Positions 25,662-36,720 of a stretch of DNA of 58,786 bases are shown here, piece by piece (position 1 is the stretch's first letter; each line of letters begins with the position of its first letter). The position numbers and the translations under genes were made by a program. The notes below the pieces were generated by a model. It was not told the origin of the DNA and searched no databases. It was given only the letters and a program-made list of their open reading frames with translations. Source of the DNA: a virus (Duplodnaviria; Caudoviricetes); IMG/VR virus record IMGVR_UViG_3300036846_001130, positions 1 through 58,786 of that record. One strand, 5' to 3'.

Positions 25662-26672
25662 ATGGCCTCGATTCCGGTCGACATTTCTGCCGCCCAAGCT
25701 ACCCGCCTCGGCTTCCGCAGCGCCCGCCAGATGCAGCGCCTCGGGGACCGCGCGTTCCGCAGGCGCGCCCTGAAGCAGGCCGCCCTCGAAGCCGTCCTCG
25801 ACGCCGAGGATGACATCATCGCGGATCGCATGGCACAGCTCAAGGTCATCTGCGGCGTCACTATCGCGGAGCAGGACCTCTCCGACGCCATCCAGAATTA
25901 CCTCACCCTGATGGCCTTCCGCACCGCGCAGGGCGTGGAGGTCAGCTATGAGGAGGCGCATGCCGCCATCAACCAGATTGCCGAGGAGCACGGCTTTCTC
26001 TCCGGCGTCCCTATCCCCATCGTGCGCCGCGACGGGAATGAGGCTCCCGATCTGGTGATGGCGGCAGGGGTGCCGCTGGCCGAACTGTTTCACATGAATC
26101 AGGCCCAGCGCCGGGCGGAGCGCACCGAACTCGAAGGCAACCTGCTGCGCTCCCATCTCCGGGTGCGCAATTCGTGGCACATGCTGGGCGATCAGACTAT
26201 CGCCGTGGTCGAGACCGAGAAGGGACCGATGGCGCTGCCCGAGTACGATGCGGGCACACGCCTGCGCAAGCTCATCACCGGGCATCAGGTGCGCTTCCAT
26301 GCCCACCAGCGTGCCGAGGCGGAGATGAAGGCCCTCGAATCGCTGCGCGCCCGCATCTCGGAATCGCAGTTTGACAGCTATGTGCTCTCCGGCATTTTTC
26401 CCGAGCGCTCGCCGCGCTCCGATGTCTGGTACTTTTTTCGCAAGGGCCTGCCCACGCTGGCAGTTTCGTTTCACGGCCAGCATGCGGAAAATGGCAAGGT
26501 GCTGTGTGCCCTCTGCCTGCATCCCATGGGCTACTATCAGGGCACCCACGTCGGGCTGATGATTCCCACCGACGAGGTCATCGCTCACCTGCTCTTGATG
26601 CGCGCCGACGAAAGAAAATTCTGGGCGAAGTCGGGACAGTGGCGAGCGGAAGATACCCGGAGCGGAATATGA
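25662..26672 (+). CDS. Conserved hypothetical protein
   Basis: LCALCLHPMGYY...PTDEVIAHLLLMRADE.KFW. Confidence 0.75.
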   Translation: MASIPVDISAAQATRLGFRSARQMQRLGDRAFRRRALKQAALEAVLDAEDDIIADRMAQLKVICGVTIAEQDLSDAIQNYLTLMAFRTAQGVEVSYEEAHAAINQIAEEHGFLSGVPIPIVRRDGNEAPDLVMAAGVPLAELFHMNQAQRRAERTELEGNLLRSHLRVRNSWHMLGDQTIAVVETEKGPMALPEYDAGTRLRKLITGHQVRFHAHQRAEAEMKALESLRARISESQFDSYVLSGIFPERSPRSDVWYFFRKGLPTLAVSFHGQHAENGKVLCALCLHPMGYYQGTHVGLMIPTDEVIAHLLLMRADERKFWAKSGQWRAEDTRSGI

Positions 26673-27412
26673 GTTACTTCGATCCCCCCGACAAAACGCA
26701 ATCGGTCTCGGCCCGTCTGGCGAAGACTCTACATCCTGCGCTGCCCCCGCTGCCCGGCCAGATGAAGGCGCGCCCCATCGACGAGCGCGGCTTTCCCGTG
26801 CCGTGGTTTGTGCAGTGGTTCCACGCCGATGGCAGCAAGGCCAAGCTCGATTACGGGGTCCTGCCCGGCGACTATCCCGACTTTCGCGTGATCGATTCCC
26901 GCAAGATGAAGCGCGCGGTCGAAGAACAGCTGTGCTGGGTGTGTGGCGGCCCGCTGGGAAAATTTCTGGCCTTCACCATCGGCCCCATGTGCGCCGTCAA
27001 CCGCACCTCGGGCGAGCCTCCGGCGCATCGCGCCTGCGCCGAATTTTCCGCGCGCGCCTGCCCCTTCCTCACCAAGCCGAAAGTGGAGCGCCGGGAAAAC
27101 GATTTGCCCATGCCCGAGGAAATTCGGGTGCATCCCGGCATGCTGACGCGCAATCCGGGCGTGGCCATGGTCTGGATCACGACTTACTATCGGCTGCACC
27201 AAGACCCGAATGGAGTGCTGTTCCGCATCGGCCCTCCGGTCGAGGTGCTCTATTTTTGCGAAGGGCGTCCGGCCACGCGCGCCGAGGTTATGCACTCGAT
27301 TGATACCGGAATGCCCATGCTGCGCGAGGTGGCGGAGAAGCAGGGAGCGGAAGCGCTCACCGCGCTGAATGCGATGTACGAGGAAGCGATCCTGCTGGTG
27401 CCTGCGCGGTGA
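26669..27412 (+). CDS. Conserved Zn-binding phage protein
   Basis: RGFPVPWF...LCWVCG...EPPAHRACAEFSARACPFL. Confidence 0.8.
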   Translation: MSYFDPPDKTQSVSARLAKTLHPALPPLPGQMKARPIDERGFPVPWFVQWFHADGSKAKLDYGVLPGDYPDFRVIDSRKMKRAVEEQLCWVCGGPLGKFLAFTIGPMCAVNRTSGEPPAHRACAEFSARACPFLTKPKVERRENDLPMPEEIRVHPGMLTRNPGVAMVWITTYYRLHQDPNGVLFRIGPPVEVLYFCEGRPATRAEVMHSIDTGMPMLREVAEKQGAEALTALNAMYEEAILLVPAR

Positions 27413-27589
27413 AAACCACGGTGCGGGTGCTTCACATTGTCTGCATCGAGGCGATGTGCTGGCTGGCAGGCGTAATCGGGATCAAACTGCTCGCCGAGGA
27501 GTGGTTGCGCATCGGGTTTGCGATTGGCTGGCTCGGCTTGTTCGCCCGCAGACTGAGGAGATACGGGCAGCTGTGGTGAGGAGGATCGC

Positions 27590-28381
27590 ATGAAAACCTT
27601 ACGCGAAAGTTTAGGCAAGCCTGTGCTGTTCCATTGGGTCGGCTGGGCAGGCAAGAACGGCGAGACCGCAGATCAGACGCTGGAGGGCTATATCTCAACC
27701 GACCCCGACGTGATCGCCCGTCAGTTGCAATGCATGCGCGCATTCGGCGGCGAGGGCGCGGGCGTAATCGGCCTCACCTACGGGCCGACCGCGTCGCCCT
27801 TCATGCACGAAGCCTCGCGCAGAATGGGCATGGCGTGCAACGCCACCGGGATGCCCTTCGCGCTTTGCTACGACCCATGGACCACGAAGAATACCGCCGA
27901 CAAGTCGCAGGCCATGATCGACGCGCTGAAGAATCCCGACACGCAGGAACTGCTCAACATGGATTGCTACCTGCCGGGCAAGCCTGTGCTCGACTTCAAC
28001 ACGGGCGCGAACAAGGACAAGGTGCTCGCTGCCGTGCCCGGCATCCAGTACTGGCAAAAGGACGTTGACTACGACTGGAACCTGATTCCGCCCAAGCCCA
28101 ACAAGACGCAGTTGCCGTGCGGCTACATTCAGTTCGACGACGGCACCGGAGAGGATCGAAACAAGCAGTGCTGGAATCAGTCGCAGCCCGTGCGCCTCGT
28201 CGCCTCGAAGGGCGGGCAGATGTTCTGGGGCCGCGACATGAGTGCGGGCACCTACATCCAGATCGTGACGTGGAATGACTACCATGAGCAGACCGCAGTC
28301 GAGCCGTGGGCCTCGCTCGCGACTGGAATCCGAATCGGGAAGGAAATCATTTTTCAAAGGAAACCATTTTTCAATGAGTAA
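27590..28381 (+). CDS. GH99/GH71-like glycoside hydrolase
   Basis: YISTDPDVIARQLQCMR...IQIVTWNDYHEQTAVEP. Confidence 0.65.
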   Translation: MKTLRESLGKPVLFHWVGWAGKNGETADQTLEGYISTDPDVIARQLQCMRAFGGEGAGVIGLTYGPTASPFMHEASRRMGMACNATGMPFALCYDPWTTKNTADKSQAMIDALKNPDTQELLNMDCYLPGKPVLDFNTGANKDKVLAAVPGIQYWQKDVDYDWNLIPPKPNKTQLPCGYIQFDDGTGEDRNKQCWNQSQPVRLVASKGGQMFWGRDMSAGTYIQIVTWNDYHEQTAVEPWASLATGIRIGKEIIFQRKPFFNE

Positions 28382-31330
28382 GGACGCTGGTGCCCGTCGC
28401 ATGAGTGAAATTCCAGCCGGAGCACGCGAGAATGCGAACTACATCACCTGCCCCCATGGGCACAAGGTCTTTGTAATCTGGTCCTCGCAGTTTAAGAAAT
28501 TTGCCTTCACCTGCGATGAGTGCGAGGAACATTCGGTGCGCGCCATTTCGCCCATGACCGGGCACGTGGTGGAGGTGCGAGTCGTGAGCAGGATGAGAAG
28601 GCGGGAGGTTTGAGCAGTGAGTAAGGATAAGGACAATCCTGTCAATACAAAATTGCCCGGCTATGAAGTGCATCACGCGGGAGCGGAGCGCGCCCTGCGT
28701 GTAATCGCGGGAGCCATCGACGAAGAGATGCCGCCCGGCTTCGGCTTCGCGCTTTTCATCTTCGACTACGGCGAGCACGGCAACATGTTCTACATTTCGA
28801 GCGCCCAGCGCGACGATATGGTCAAGACCCTGAAAGAATTCATCGCCAAGCAGGAGGGAGAAAAGCATGCCTGAGCTGGACGACGAAGATAAGCAGCTGT
28901 TCCGCGAGGTGCGCCGTCAGGAAATTATCGACGACGCCGTCATGGCCGCCGACCACATCATCCTCAAAGGCTCCGATGGCTCACTGGAAGAGACCAACTT
29001 CCTCACCGCGAAGGTGGCGCACCGTTTCATGGAAAAGGCGCTCATGCCCTATTCCCACGCGATTCTGAAAAAGGACATCGGACTATGAACAAACTGTACG
29101 GCGAAGACGAGCACAGCAAATTCCTGCTCTGCATTCTGGAGCCGGGCAACATCCACCGCCTGACCACGGAGCGCCAGCCCATCGAGATCAACCTCAACGA
29201 CAAGGACGGGCCATGGGCCAAAGGCCTGCCCGCGAAGGTGACCATTCACATCGCCTATTCGGAGACTCCGGTCTCGGACGCCAGCGAGCTGCGCAAGCTG
29301 ATGCCCGATCTCAAGATCAAGGATCGCCGCGCGGCGGTGGTGGCCGCGAAGCGCCCGCATTGCCCCGAATGCAAGTCGACGGTGGAGGAGCTGGGGGTGT
29401 GGCGCAGCGAGGAGTCGCCGCTGTGGATCGTCTTCTGCGCGTCGTGCGGCGCAGTCTTCGGAACGACGCCGCCCGTCGCCGGGCTGGAGAAGAAAAAACC
29501 ATGAACTCGCTCCACTGGACGCAATTAGCCTCCGCTCTCTGCCTCATCGCCGCCGTTGTCGTGAACCTCGTTCTTACCCTGCGAAGTGTTCGGGAGTTGC
29601 GCGAGAACCGCGCCATCCGTGAAATTCTCTGGGCCTATGAGCGCGAGATGAAGGAAAGAGGAGTAACCCTGCCGCCGCGCTGCGCATGGTGCTGTGAAGT
29701 TCTGCCCGACCACGTAGGGAAATGCCCTTTGAGATGGGAGTACCCCGACGCACTGCTGACTTCGCGCTTCACCCGGCCCAAGATCAAATACTTTCCCAAC
29801 GGCGAGCAGCCGCCCGACACGGGCGACAAGAGGAAAATGAATTGAGCAAAACCGTAAAACGCGGAGACGTCATCGCGCAGGAGATGGAGCTGGGCGAGGT
29901 GATGGACAATGATTCGGTGACCCTCGCCTTCATCAAGCTTTTCAAAAACGGGAGCGAGGGGCGCGTCGCCATTCTCTGGTCGACTGACATATTTACCAAT
30001 CCCGAGCTGCCCTTGCCTGATGAATTGCGCGAGGGGCTGGTGTATGCCCTGCGCCTGCACGCTGACAAGCTCGAATCGCGCGAGACCGATGCGCGCGCGC
30101 AGGAGCATGCCCGGCGACCGGGTCAGGCATGAGCTACCGCGAAGAGAACGGCGAGGTGGTGCTCACCCTGAGCGCGGATGATTATTGGCTGCTGCTGCTG
30201 CTGCTCGGCCTCGCGGTGGGGACGCTGCTGCCCGATCCAACTCCGGTCGACCGTGCGATCCGAATGATCAATCGGTTGAATGAAGGCAACCCGCAATTTA
30301 CGCCGTATCAGGTGAAGCCATCATGAGCGGGGAGCCGATCTGCGATTTTTGCAGCGCGCCCTTGCCCGTGCGAGTGTTCAAGGCCGGGCTGCCGGGACTA
30401 AATTCCAGAGGCTCATGGATGGCGTGTTCCGCCTGTAGCACAATGATTGACGCCGGGCAATGGGATCGCCTGCTGCTGCACGCCGTCGACCGCTTCGCGC
30501 TGAAATATTCCATCATGCCGCGCCGCATCCTGACCGACACCGTGAAGCGCTCGCACGATCTGTTTCGCGCGCACTGGAAGAAATGAGCGCCTTCGATGAT
30601 CTCTTCGACGATCCGGAGCTGGCGCGCTATCTGGAGCACGCGGAGAAGGACATGCTGCCCAAAATGAAATCTTCGGCGCTCACCATCATCATCACGGCAG
30701 AGCCGGACATCAAGCTGTGCTGCGAAGTGGGCGCTGCCGTGATGTACGACAAGCCCTTCGTTCTGCTGGTGCCTCCGGGCCGCCGCGTCCCCGCCAACCT
30801 GCGCAGGCTCGCCTCGGTCATCGTCGAGGGCGACGTTACCGATCCGGGGGTCATGAAGCGGCTGCAGCGCGCTTTGGAGAACGTAATGAAAAACGACGCA
30901 CGCTGTAAGGAGCCGATCCAATGAGCGAAGCCGCCGCCGATCTGGAGCAGAAATATCCGTGGATTCCATGGCGCAGTCCCGTGCTGATGATGACCCCGAA
31001 GCGCAATGGCTACGCCTGCCGCTTGTGCATTGGGCGGCTGGGCTTCCGCGCTTGCGATGCGGAGTCTTGTCCGTTTCTCTTCGATACCGCGACCGAGTGC
31101 GAACGTCACATTGCGGAGTGTCACCCATGAGCGAAGCCTGTCACCTGCGGCAAGGCATTTTTGCCCGCTGGTTTATTTTTCACCCCGAGAACCGCTTTCG
31201 CGGATGGAGTGGCAGCCAGTGGGTGGAGTGCAGCCCCGAGGGCCTGCCCACGCACATCCAAGTCTGCAACTTCGAGAGCGAAGAAGAAGCCCGCGCCTAT
31301 TGCCAAGAGCATGGACTAATCCCCGATTGA
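28374..31330 (+). CDS. Run of about 11 small coupled hypothetical genes (e.g. 28617-28874, 28867-29088, 29085-29504, 29501-29845, 30129-30326, 30323-30586, 30583-30924, 30921-31130)
   Basis: Consecutive ATGA overlaps, several CxxC motifs. Confidence 0.6.
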
Positions 31331-31364
31331 GGGCTATAGTCCTCAGCATTGGAGGGTAGCCACC

Positions 31365-33482
31365 ATGCGGACGCTGATTCTGGGAGTGTTTTTGCTGGGG
31401 ATCACCAGCGCACAGGCGCAACGACAGGAGCCGCAGCCACAGGACTGGGGTTCTCCCACGCTGGATGCGGTCCTTGCTCCACCGGAAGTTTCCGTCAGCG
31501 CAGCGCCCACCAGCGGCGCAGCTCCGCTCATCGTGAACCTCGCAGTGCAGTGCGACACGTGCGCGAGCTACCGCTGGGACTGGGGCGATCCCGGCAACAA
31601 GTATCAGGTCGCGGGCGCGAATCAGTGGCACACTTACAATTCGCCGGGCACCTTCACTGCCACCGTCACCGGGACCGATCAGCAGGGCCAGACCGCGACG
31701 GCTTCCATTGTGGTGACCGTGCAGTCGCTGGTTCCGCTGGGCGAGAATGATTACTGCGCCAAAGGCGATGTCTGGATTGGACCGAAGATGGACCGCGCTG
31801 CGCATCTGCCCGTGGCCTGCATTTACACCGGACTCGACGGCTCGCCCTCGACGGGAAATAAAATCATCGTCAGCGAGGCCACCATCACCGCCCTGAATCT
31901 GGCAGCCTCGGCGGCCACCTGTGGCGATACGATTCTCATCCCGGCGACCTTCGAGGCGCAGATTTCCACGTGGACGCTGCCCGCCCGGCCTTGCGATGCG
32001 GACAGCTGGATCACCATCCGCACCGCCGCTGACGACAGTGAGCTGCCCCCGGAGCACGTGCGCCTGACGCCGTGCTATGCGGGCCTCGCCTCGCTGCCCG
32101 AGCGCCCGGCGTATCAATGCCCCACGGTCAAGCGCGTGATTCCCAAGCTCTACGCCAAAGGCTCCGCTGACGTGATCTCTTTCGCGGCAGGCGCAAATCA
32201 CTACCGCTTCATCGGCCTTGAGATCGCGCGCACGCCGGGCACGGGCATCAACTACGGGCTGATCGAGACCACCGGAGCGGACCACATCATCTTCGACCGC
32301 ATGTGGATTCACGGCTCCGACTACGGCGAGGACTCGAAGAACGGCGTCTTTCTCGCTGACTCCACCAACATCGCCATCGTCAATTCCTACATGACCGAGT
32401 TCAAGTGCGGTCCCACAGCCTGCGTCGACGGGCACGCTGTGTCGGGCGCGGATGGCAAGCTGGAGATCGAGGGCGTGTGGAAGTTCTATAACAATTTCGT
32501 CGAAGCCTCGACCGAGAACATGCTGTTCGGTGGCTCAACGAAGGGCGTCGCCACGCCCACCGACTTCGAGGTGCGCCTCAATCACTTCTTTAAGCGCCCT
32601 TCGTGGAATCCCAAGCATCCCGACTTCGTGCCTCCGGTGCCCCGCTCGAAAGGCTACATCGTCAAAAATCTCTTCGAGCTGAAGAATGCGCAGCGCGTGC
32701 TGTTCGAGGGCAATTACGGGGAGTACAGCTGGGGCGGATTCTCCCAGACGGGCTGGTCGATGGTACTGACCTCGCGGGGATCATGGGCAGCGGTCGCGGA
32801 CGTGACCATCCGCTTCAATAAATTTTCTCACGTCGGAAGTGGCTTCCAGCTGATCGCAGCCCTGACGCCGCAGCCCCGTGCTGATTCGAAAGAGGCGGCA
32901 CGCTGGAGTCTGCACGACAACGTGATCGACGACATGGATGCCGCGTTTTACCTCGGCAGCGGGCAGGCCTTCTCGATGATCAGCGAGTACACCGCACGCA
33001 CGCCGCTCAACAACGTCACCATCAGTCACAACACTTTTTTCAATTCCACCCCGCAGCCGGGCAACATGTTCAACCTCGGCGTCGAGGCGGCGAATCCGCA
33101 GAAGCCATTCCAGATTCACGTGACCGACAACATCATGCGGGCGGCGAAGTATTCCGTGTGGTCCACAGGCAAGGGAACCTGTGTGGTCTCGGGCAAGCCG
33201 TGGACAACCTTCACCCAGTGCTACGACACGTTCCACATCGCCAACAATGTGCTCGCAGGTTATGCCGACCCGAAGTTCAGTCAGGGATTCTTTCCCGGCA
33301 ACTTCCAGACCACCGACCCAATGGGCAGCATGGACTCCATCCAGTTTGTAAACTGGAACAATGGCAAGGATGGCGACTATCACCTGCAGCCCACCTCGCC
33401 CTATCACAACGCGGCCAGCGATGGCACCGACCTCGGAGCCAACATCGACGCCGTCAATCAGGCGGTAAAGCTCGCCTACTGA
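31365..33482 (+). CDS. Secreted PKD-domain plus right-handed beta-helix (pectate-lyase-like) protein
   Basis: Signal peptide; APTSGAAPLIV..WDWGD..HTYNSPGTFTA PKD; NLFELKNAQRVLFEGN; DYHLQPTSPY. Confidence 0.85.
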   Translation: MRTLILGVFLLGITSAQAQRQEPQPQDWGSPTLDAVLAPPEVSVSAAPTSGAAPLIVNLAVQCDTCASYRWDWGDPGNKYQVAGANQWHTYNSPGTFTATVTGTDQQGQTATASIVVTVQSLVPLGENDYCAKGDVWIGPKMDRAAHLPVACIYTGLDGSPSTGNKIIVSEATITALNLAASAATCGDTILIPATFEAQISTWTLPARPCDADSWITIRTAADDSELPPEHVRLTPCYAGLASLPERPAYQCPTVKRVIPKLYAKGSADVISFAAGANHYRFIGLEIARTPGTGINYGLIETTGADHIIFDRMWIHGSDYGEDSKNGVFLADSTNIAIVNSYMTEFKCGPTACVDGHAVSGADGKLEIEGVWKFYNNFVEASTENMLFGGSTKGVATPTDFEVRLNHFFKRPSWNPKHPDFVPPVPRSKGYIVKNLFELKNAQRVLFEGNYGEYSWGGFSQTGWSMVLTSRGSWAAVADVTIRFNKFSHVGSGFQLIAALTPQPRADSKEAARWSLHDNVIDDMDAAFYLGSGQAFSMISEYTARTPLNNVTISHNTFFNSTPQPGNMFNLGVEAANPQKPFQIHVTDNIMRAAKYSVWSTGKGTCVVSGKPWTTFTQCYDTFHIANNVLAGYADPKFSQGFFPGNFQTTDPMGSMDSIQFVNWNNGKDGDYHLQPTSPYHNAASDGTDLGANIDAVNQAVKLAY

Positions 33483-33487
33483 GGATT

Positions 33488-33643
33488 ATGGAACACTCCG
33501 AGCGCTCGCTGCTGCTGGATGCCATTGTGCTGTACGAGAAACTCAAGAGCGAGGGCGGTCTGCTGGACGCTGAGGTCGAGAACTGGGAGCGCTGGAAGCG
33601 CCTCGCCCTCGGTGTTTTGTATCCCAACGGGACGACCCAGTAA
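33488..33643 (+). CDS. Small hypothetical protein
   Basis: GAGGA RBS; MEHSERS. Confidence 0.5.
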   Translation: MEHSERSLLLDAIVLYEKLKSEGGLLDAEVENWERWKRLALGVLYPNGTTQ

Positions 33644-33802
33644 AATTTCGCTTGCGCTTTCGAGGGTTGAGGGTGCATCCTCTGAAGCCAATGAGGGTAT
33701 CATCCCCTCATTTCCCCAAAACGAGACTGCGCGCCAGAGCAGTCCGGGCCTGCGCGAGCCTTCCCGCGACCTGATGACCTCGACCGTAGGTGTCACTGCC
33801 GG

Positions 33803-34099
33803 ATGCATTCCAACGGTATTTGCATTCTCAGCCCCAGCCAAGCTTTCCAGCTTGAAACAGACGGGATCATTCCCGACTGCCGCCAGCATCGCCACCTTTC
33901 GCGGGGCAAGGCCATAGGCCTGATCGAGGACCACTTCGTTTTTCGCGACGATCAGGGCGACTATGTGCGCTATCTCGAAGCGCGCTGGGTGGGCAAAGGC
34001 AAAAAATATGTGACATTCATACGCTCCCGCGAGTGGAAGCGCATGGACTCGGCAGGCACCACGGTCATGCAGCTGGTCCCGGCTGGGGGCGCGTGGTGA
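33803..34099 (+). CDS. Hypothetical protein, first gene of the late cluster
   Basis: ORF after a 160-bp intergenic gap. Confidence 0.55.
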   Translation: MHSNGICILSPSQAFQLETDGIIPDCRQHRHLSRGKAIGLIEDHFVFRDDQGDYVRYLEARWVGKGKKYVTFIRSREWKRMDSAGTTVMQLVPAGGAW

Positions 34100-35643
34100 A
34101 GCGCTGGCCGCTCTTACTCACCCTCGTTTTCTTCCCTCTCTTCGCCCACTCCCAGACCGCTACCGTTTCCGGCAATTTGTATCTCCCGCCCGGCACCGCC
34201 GCCCAGAATTCCATGATGCGCATGCAGCTGGTGTACTGCGGCGGGAACTCGGGACGGGTTCCTGCTCCGCCCGGCAGCGGAACACCCGCCACAATCATCA
34301 GCTTCCTACCCTTCGATGTGCACGTCGACAACGCCGGGCACTGGACCACTGCGCTCTACGGCAACGACGCCATCATCTGCGGCACCGATCTCAGCGGCGG
34401 CTCGCGCTGGCGCATGAAGCCGATCTTCAACGGGGTGAGCGGCGCGGCGGTCGACTATCAGGTCGAATCCGGCACCAGCTTCTCGCCGGACACGGCACTG
34501 CAATGCTCGGTGACCCGCACCACGAACTGCGCGGTCAACTATCCCTACACGACGCCACCTCCGCCGCCCGTTCAAGGGCCGCCCGGTCCTCCCGGTCCTG
34601 CAGGCCCACCCGGCTCTGCGGGCGGCGGTGTAAATTCCGGCACCGCGACGCACCTTGCGCTCTATCCCGTCAATGGCACTACAGTCGGCCCCTCGGCGGG
34701 CGCGACCGATGACGGCGCGACTCTGGGCTATACCGGAGACACCTACGTCGCGGGCACTTCCACCGTCGACAATCAGGTGCTGATTGCGGGCGCGTATCTG
34801 GTCGATAGTCCGATCCCCGGCTCGCCCATGGCCGCCGCTCCGGACGCATCGCATACCGATTTCGGCGTCTCCAGCGACGGGTGGCTCTATGAATCCGCCA
34901 ACGGCCTGCCCATCGCCAAGATTTGCACTTCAGGGGATGCTACCTGCGGGGTGAACGCCACCATCAACGGGCAGACCCTCACGCCGGGCGGCACGGTTAA
35001 CGTGAACGCGGGCGCAGCCAATCATTCGCTGGCGCTGAATCAGGGGAGCGGCAACGCCATCGCGGGCCTGCCCCTGCTCGCCAACCAGATCGCGGTGGGC
35101 CGCAGCGCGATCCTCGATCCCGTGGCCTCGACTATCCCGACCTGTCCGAACGGCCTCGCATTTTCGGGCAGCCTGCCCCTGACCTGCGTCGCCTCGGGCA
35201 AGGCCGATCAGGGCAGCGGAATTTTCACCATCAATGTCGACGTGCCCGTGAGCGCGTCAACCGATACTACTTGGCTCACCAAGACCGTGACCATGCCGAG
35301 TTCGGGCTGCCCCTGCCGGGTTTTTCTGAGCTACGGCGTTTACTACGCCGCGACCGACAGCGTGGCCTTCTTTGCGTGGGTGGACGACAGCATCAACGGA
35401 CCCATCGGCAGCGCGCAGGGCAATCAAAGCGGATCAGCCTCGGGCGGCTCCGGCCTGAACGGCTCCAGCTTCACCAAAACCACCTACACCAATTCGACTG
35501 CAGTCGTGTTCCGCGCGCGGGTGTGGACGACCGGAACAACCATGATCGTCAAGGCTGGCCCGGCGCACGCCAGCGGCGGAGTCTGGCAGAACTCTTGGCT
35601 CAATATCGTGATCTTCACTTCCACGGGCACGGCCATCCCATGA
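34096..35643 (+). CDS. Fibre-like protein with signal peptide and short collagen-like repeat
   Basis: MKRWPLLLTLVFFPLFAHSQ; QGPPGPPGPAGPPG; G/T/S-rich. Confidence 0.7.
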   Translation: MKRWPLLLTLVFFPLFAHSQTATVSGNLYLPPGTAAQNSMMRMQLVYCGGNSGRVPAPPGSGTPATIISFLPFDVHVDNAGHWTTALYGNDAIICGTDLSGGSRWRMKPIFNGVSGAAVDYQVESGTSFSPDTALQCSVTRTTNCAVNYPYTTPPPPPVQGPPGPPGPAGPPGSAGGGVNSGTATHLALYPVNGTTVGPSAGATDDGATLGYTGDTYVAGTSTVDNQVLIAGAYLVDSPIPGSPMAAAPDASHTDFGVSSDGWLYESANGLPIAKICTSGDATCGVNATINGQTLTPGGTVNVNAGAANHSLALNQGSGNAIAGLPLLANQIAVGRSAILDPVASTIPTCPNGLAFSGSLPLTCVASGKADQGSGIFTINVDVPVSASTDTTWLTKTVTMPSSGCPCRVFLSYGVYYAATDSVAFFAWVDDSINGPIGSAQGNQSGSASGGSGLNGSSFTKTTYTNSTAVVFRARVWTTGTTMIVKAGPAHASGGVWQNSWLNIVIFTSTGTAIP

Positions 35644-36701
35644 AAAAGGCTCTGATCCTCCTCTTCATCGCGGGGTGTGTGCTGCTGGCCGCGCAGGTGG
35701 GACGCGACCGCAACGACCGGATCGAGCGCACCACCAGCTATAGCCACACGGGCGGCAAATCAGCTTCGGGCTATACGAAATTCGGCGGCGCAGGAGGCGG
35801 AGGAGGGGGCGGCGGCGGAGTCTCGCCCGGCACCGCCAACCAGATCGCGTTCTATGCCACGACAGGCTCGACGGTATCAGGCGACACGCGCCTATTAGAT
35901 GACGGCAGCCAGCTGAAATACTCCGGCTCGCAGGTCTGCACTGCTGCCAACGGCGCATGCGGTGGTGGCGGAGGCGGCGGCTCGGTGGGCACGGGCATCC
36001 CGACGCCGACCGGGACCGCGCATTCTTTCATCTTCAACAACTCAACCGCCATCTCGGCATCGAGCGGGAACAACTCGCCGGGCGGGCTGTGGTCGCAGCT
36101 GGGCGGAGCCTTCGCGGTAGGCAGCAACGTGGCAGGAGCCGGGACCGGAGGGGCCGGACAACTGGCTTACTACGCTCTGGCCACTGGGGTCGGAGGCGGG
36201 AACGCTTCTCTCGCCGAGGATGCGGTCAGCCAGCAGGGCACGCTCAACCTGTTCGGCATGTATACCTTCACGGGCAGCCAGAACAGCACGGCCACCGATC
36301 AAATCGTTTTCTTGGGGATGAGCACGGCGCTCTATGGCACGCTCAACGCGGTTCATCCTGCCGGGCTGATCTTTGCTTTCCGCTATGCAGGCGCGGGCGC
36401 GGGCGGTACGGACACGCACTGGAATGCTTACGTCTCGACCGACGCGACGCACTTCACCGAAGTCGATACCGGGATCAGCATCGACACCGCGCAGCACCAG
36501 TGGGCCATCGCGAAGAATGGCACAGGCGGCCTCGACTACTACATCGACGGCACCAAGAAGGCGACTATCGCGTCCGGCTCGACCGGATTTCCCTCCGGAG
36601 CTGCGCTCAACACGCCCGTGTACTGCGTGAGCAATATCGCGACGCCTTCGGTGACGCACAGTTTGTTCATCAGTTCGATTCGCTGGTGGCCGCTCGAATG
36701 A
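35640..36701 (+). CDS. Fibre-like protein with signal peptide, poly-Gly linkers and lectin-like C-terminus
   Basis: MKKALILLFIAGCVLLAAQ; GTANQIAFY; LDYYIDG. Confidence 0.7.
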   Translation: MKKALILLFIAGCVLLAAQVGRDRNDRIERTTSYSHTGGKSASGYTKFGGAGGGGGGGGGVSPGTANQIAFYATTGSTVSGDTRLLDDGSQLKYSGSQVCTAANGACGGGGGGGSVGTGIPTPTGTAHSFIFNNSTAISASSGNNSPGGLWSQLGGAFAVGSNVAGAGTGGAGQLAYYALATGVGGGNASLAEDAVSQQGTLNLFGMYTFTGSQNSTATDQIVFLGMSTALYGTLNAVHPAGLIFAFRYAGAGAGGTDTHWNAYVSTDATHFTEVDTGISIDTAQHQWAIAKNGTGGLDYYIDGTKKATIASGSTGFPSGAALNTPVYCVSNIATPSVTHSLFISSIRWWPLE

Positions 36702-36720
36702 AATTTGTGAGGAGGATTCT

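Noticed and set aside
33644-33802. Late promoter or structured RNA (ATGAGGG...CCCTCAT hairpin)
   Set aside because: Only one short hairpin and no recognisable consensus; position is suggestive but unsupported
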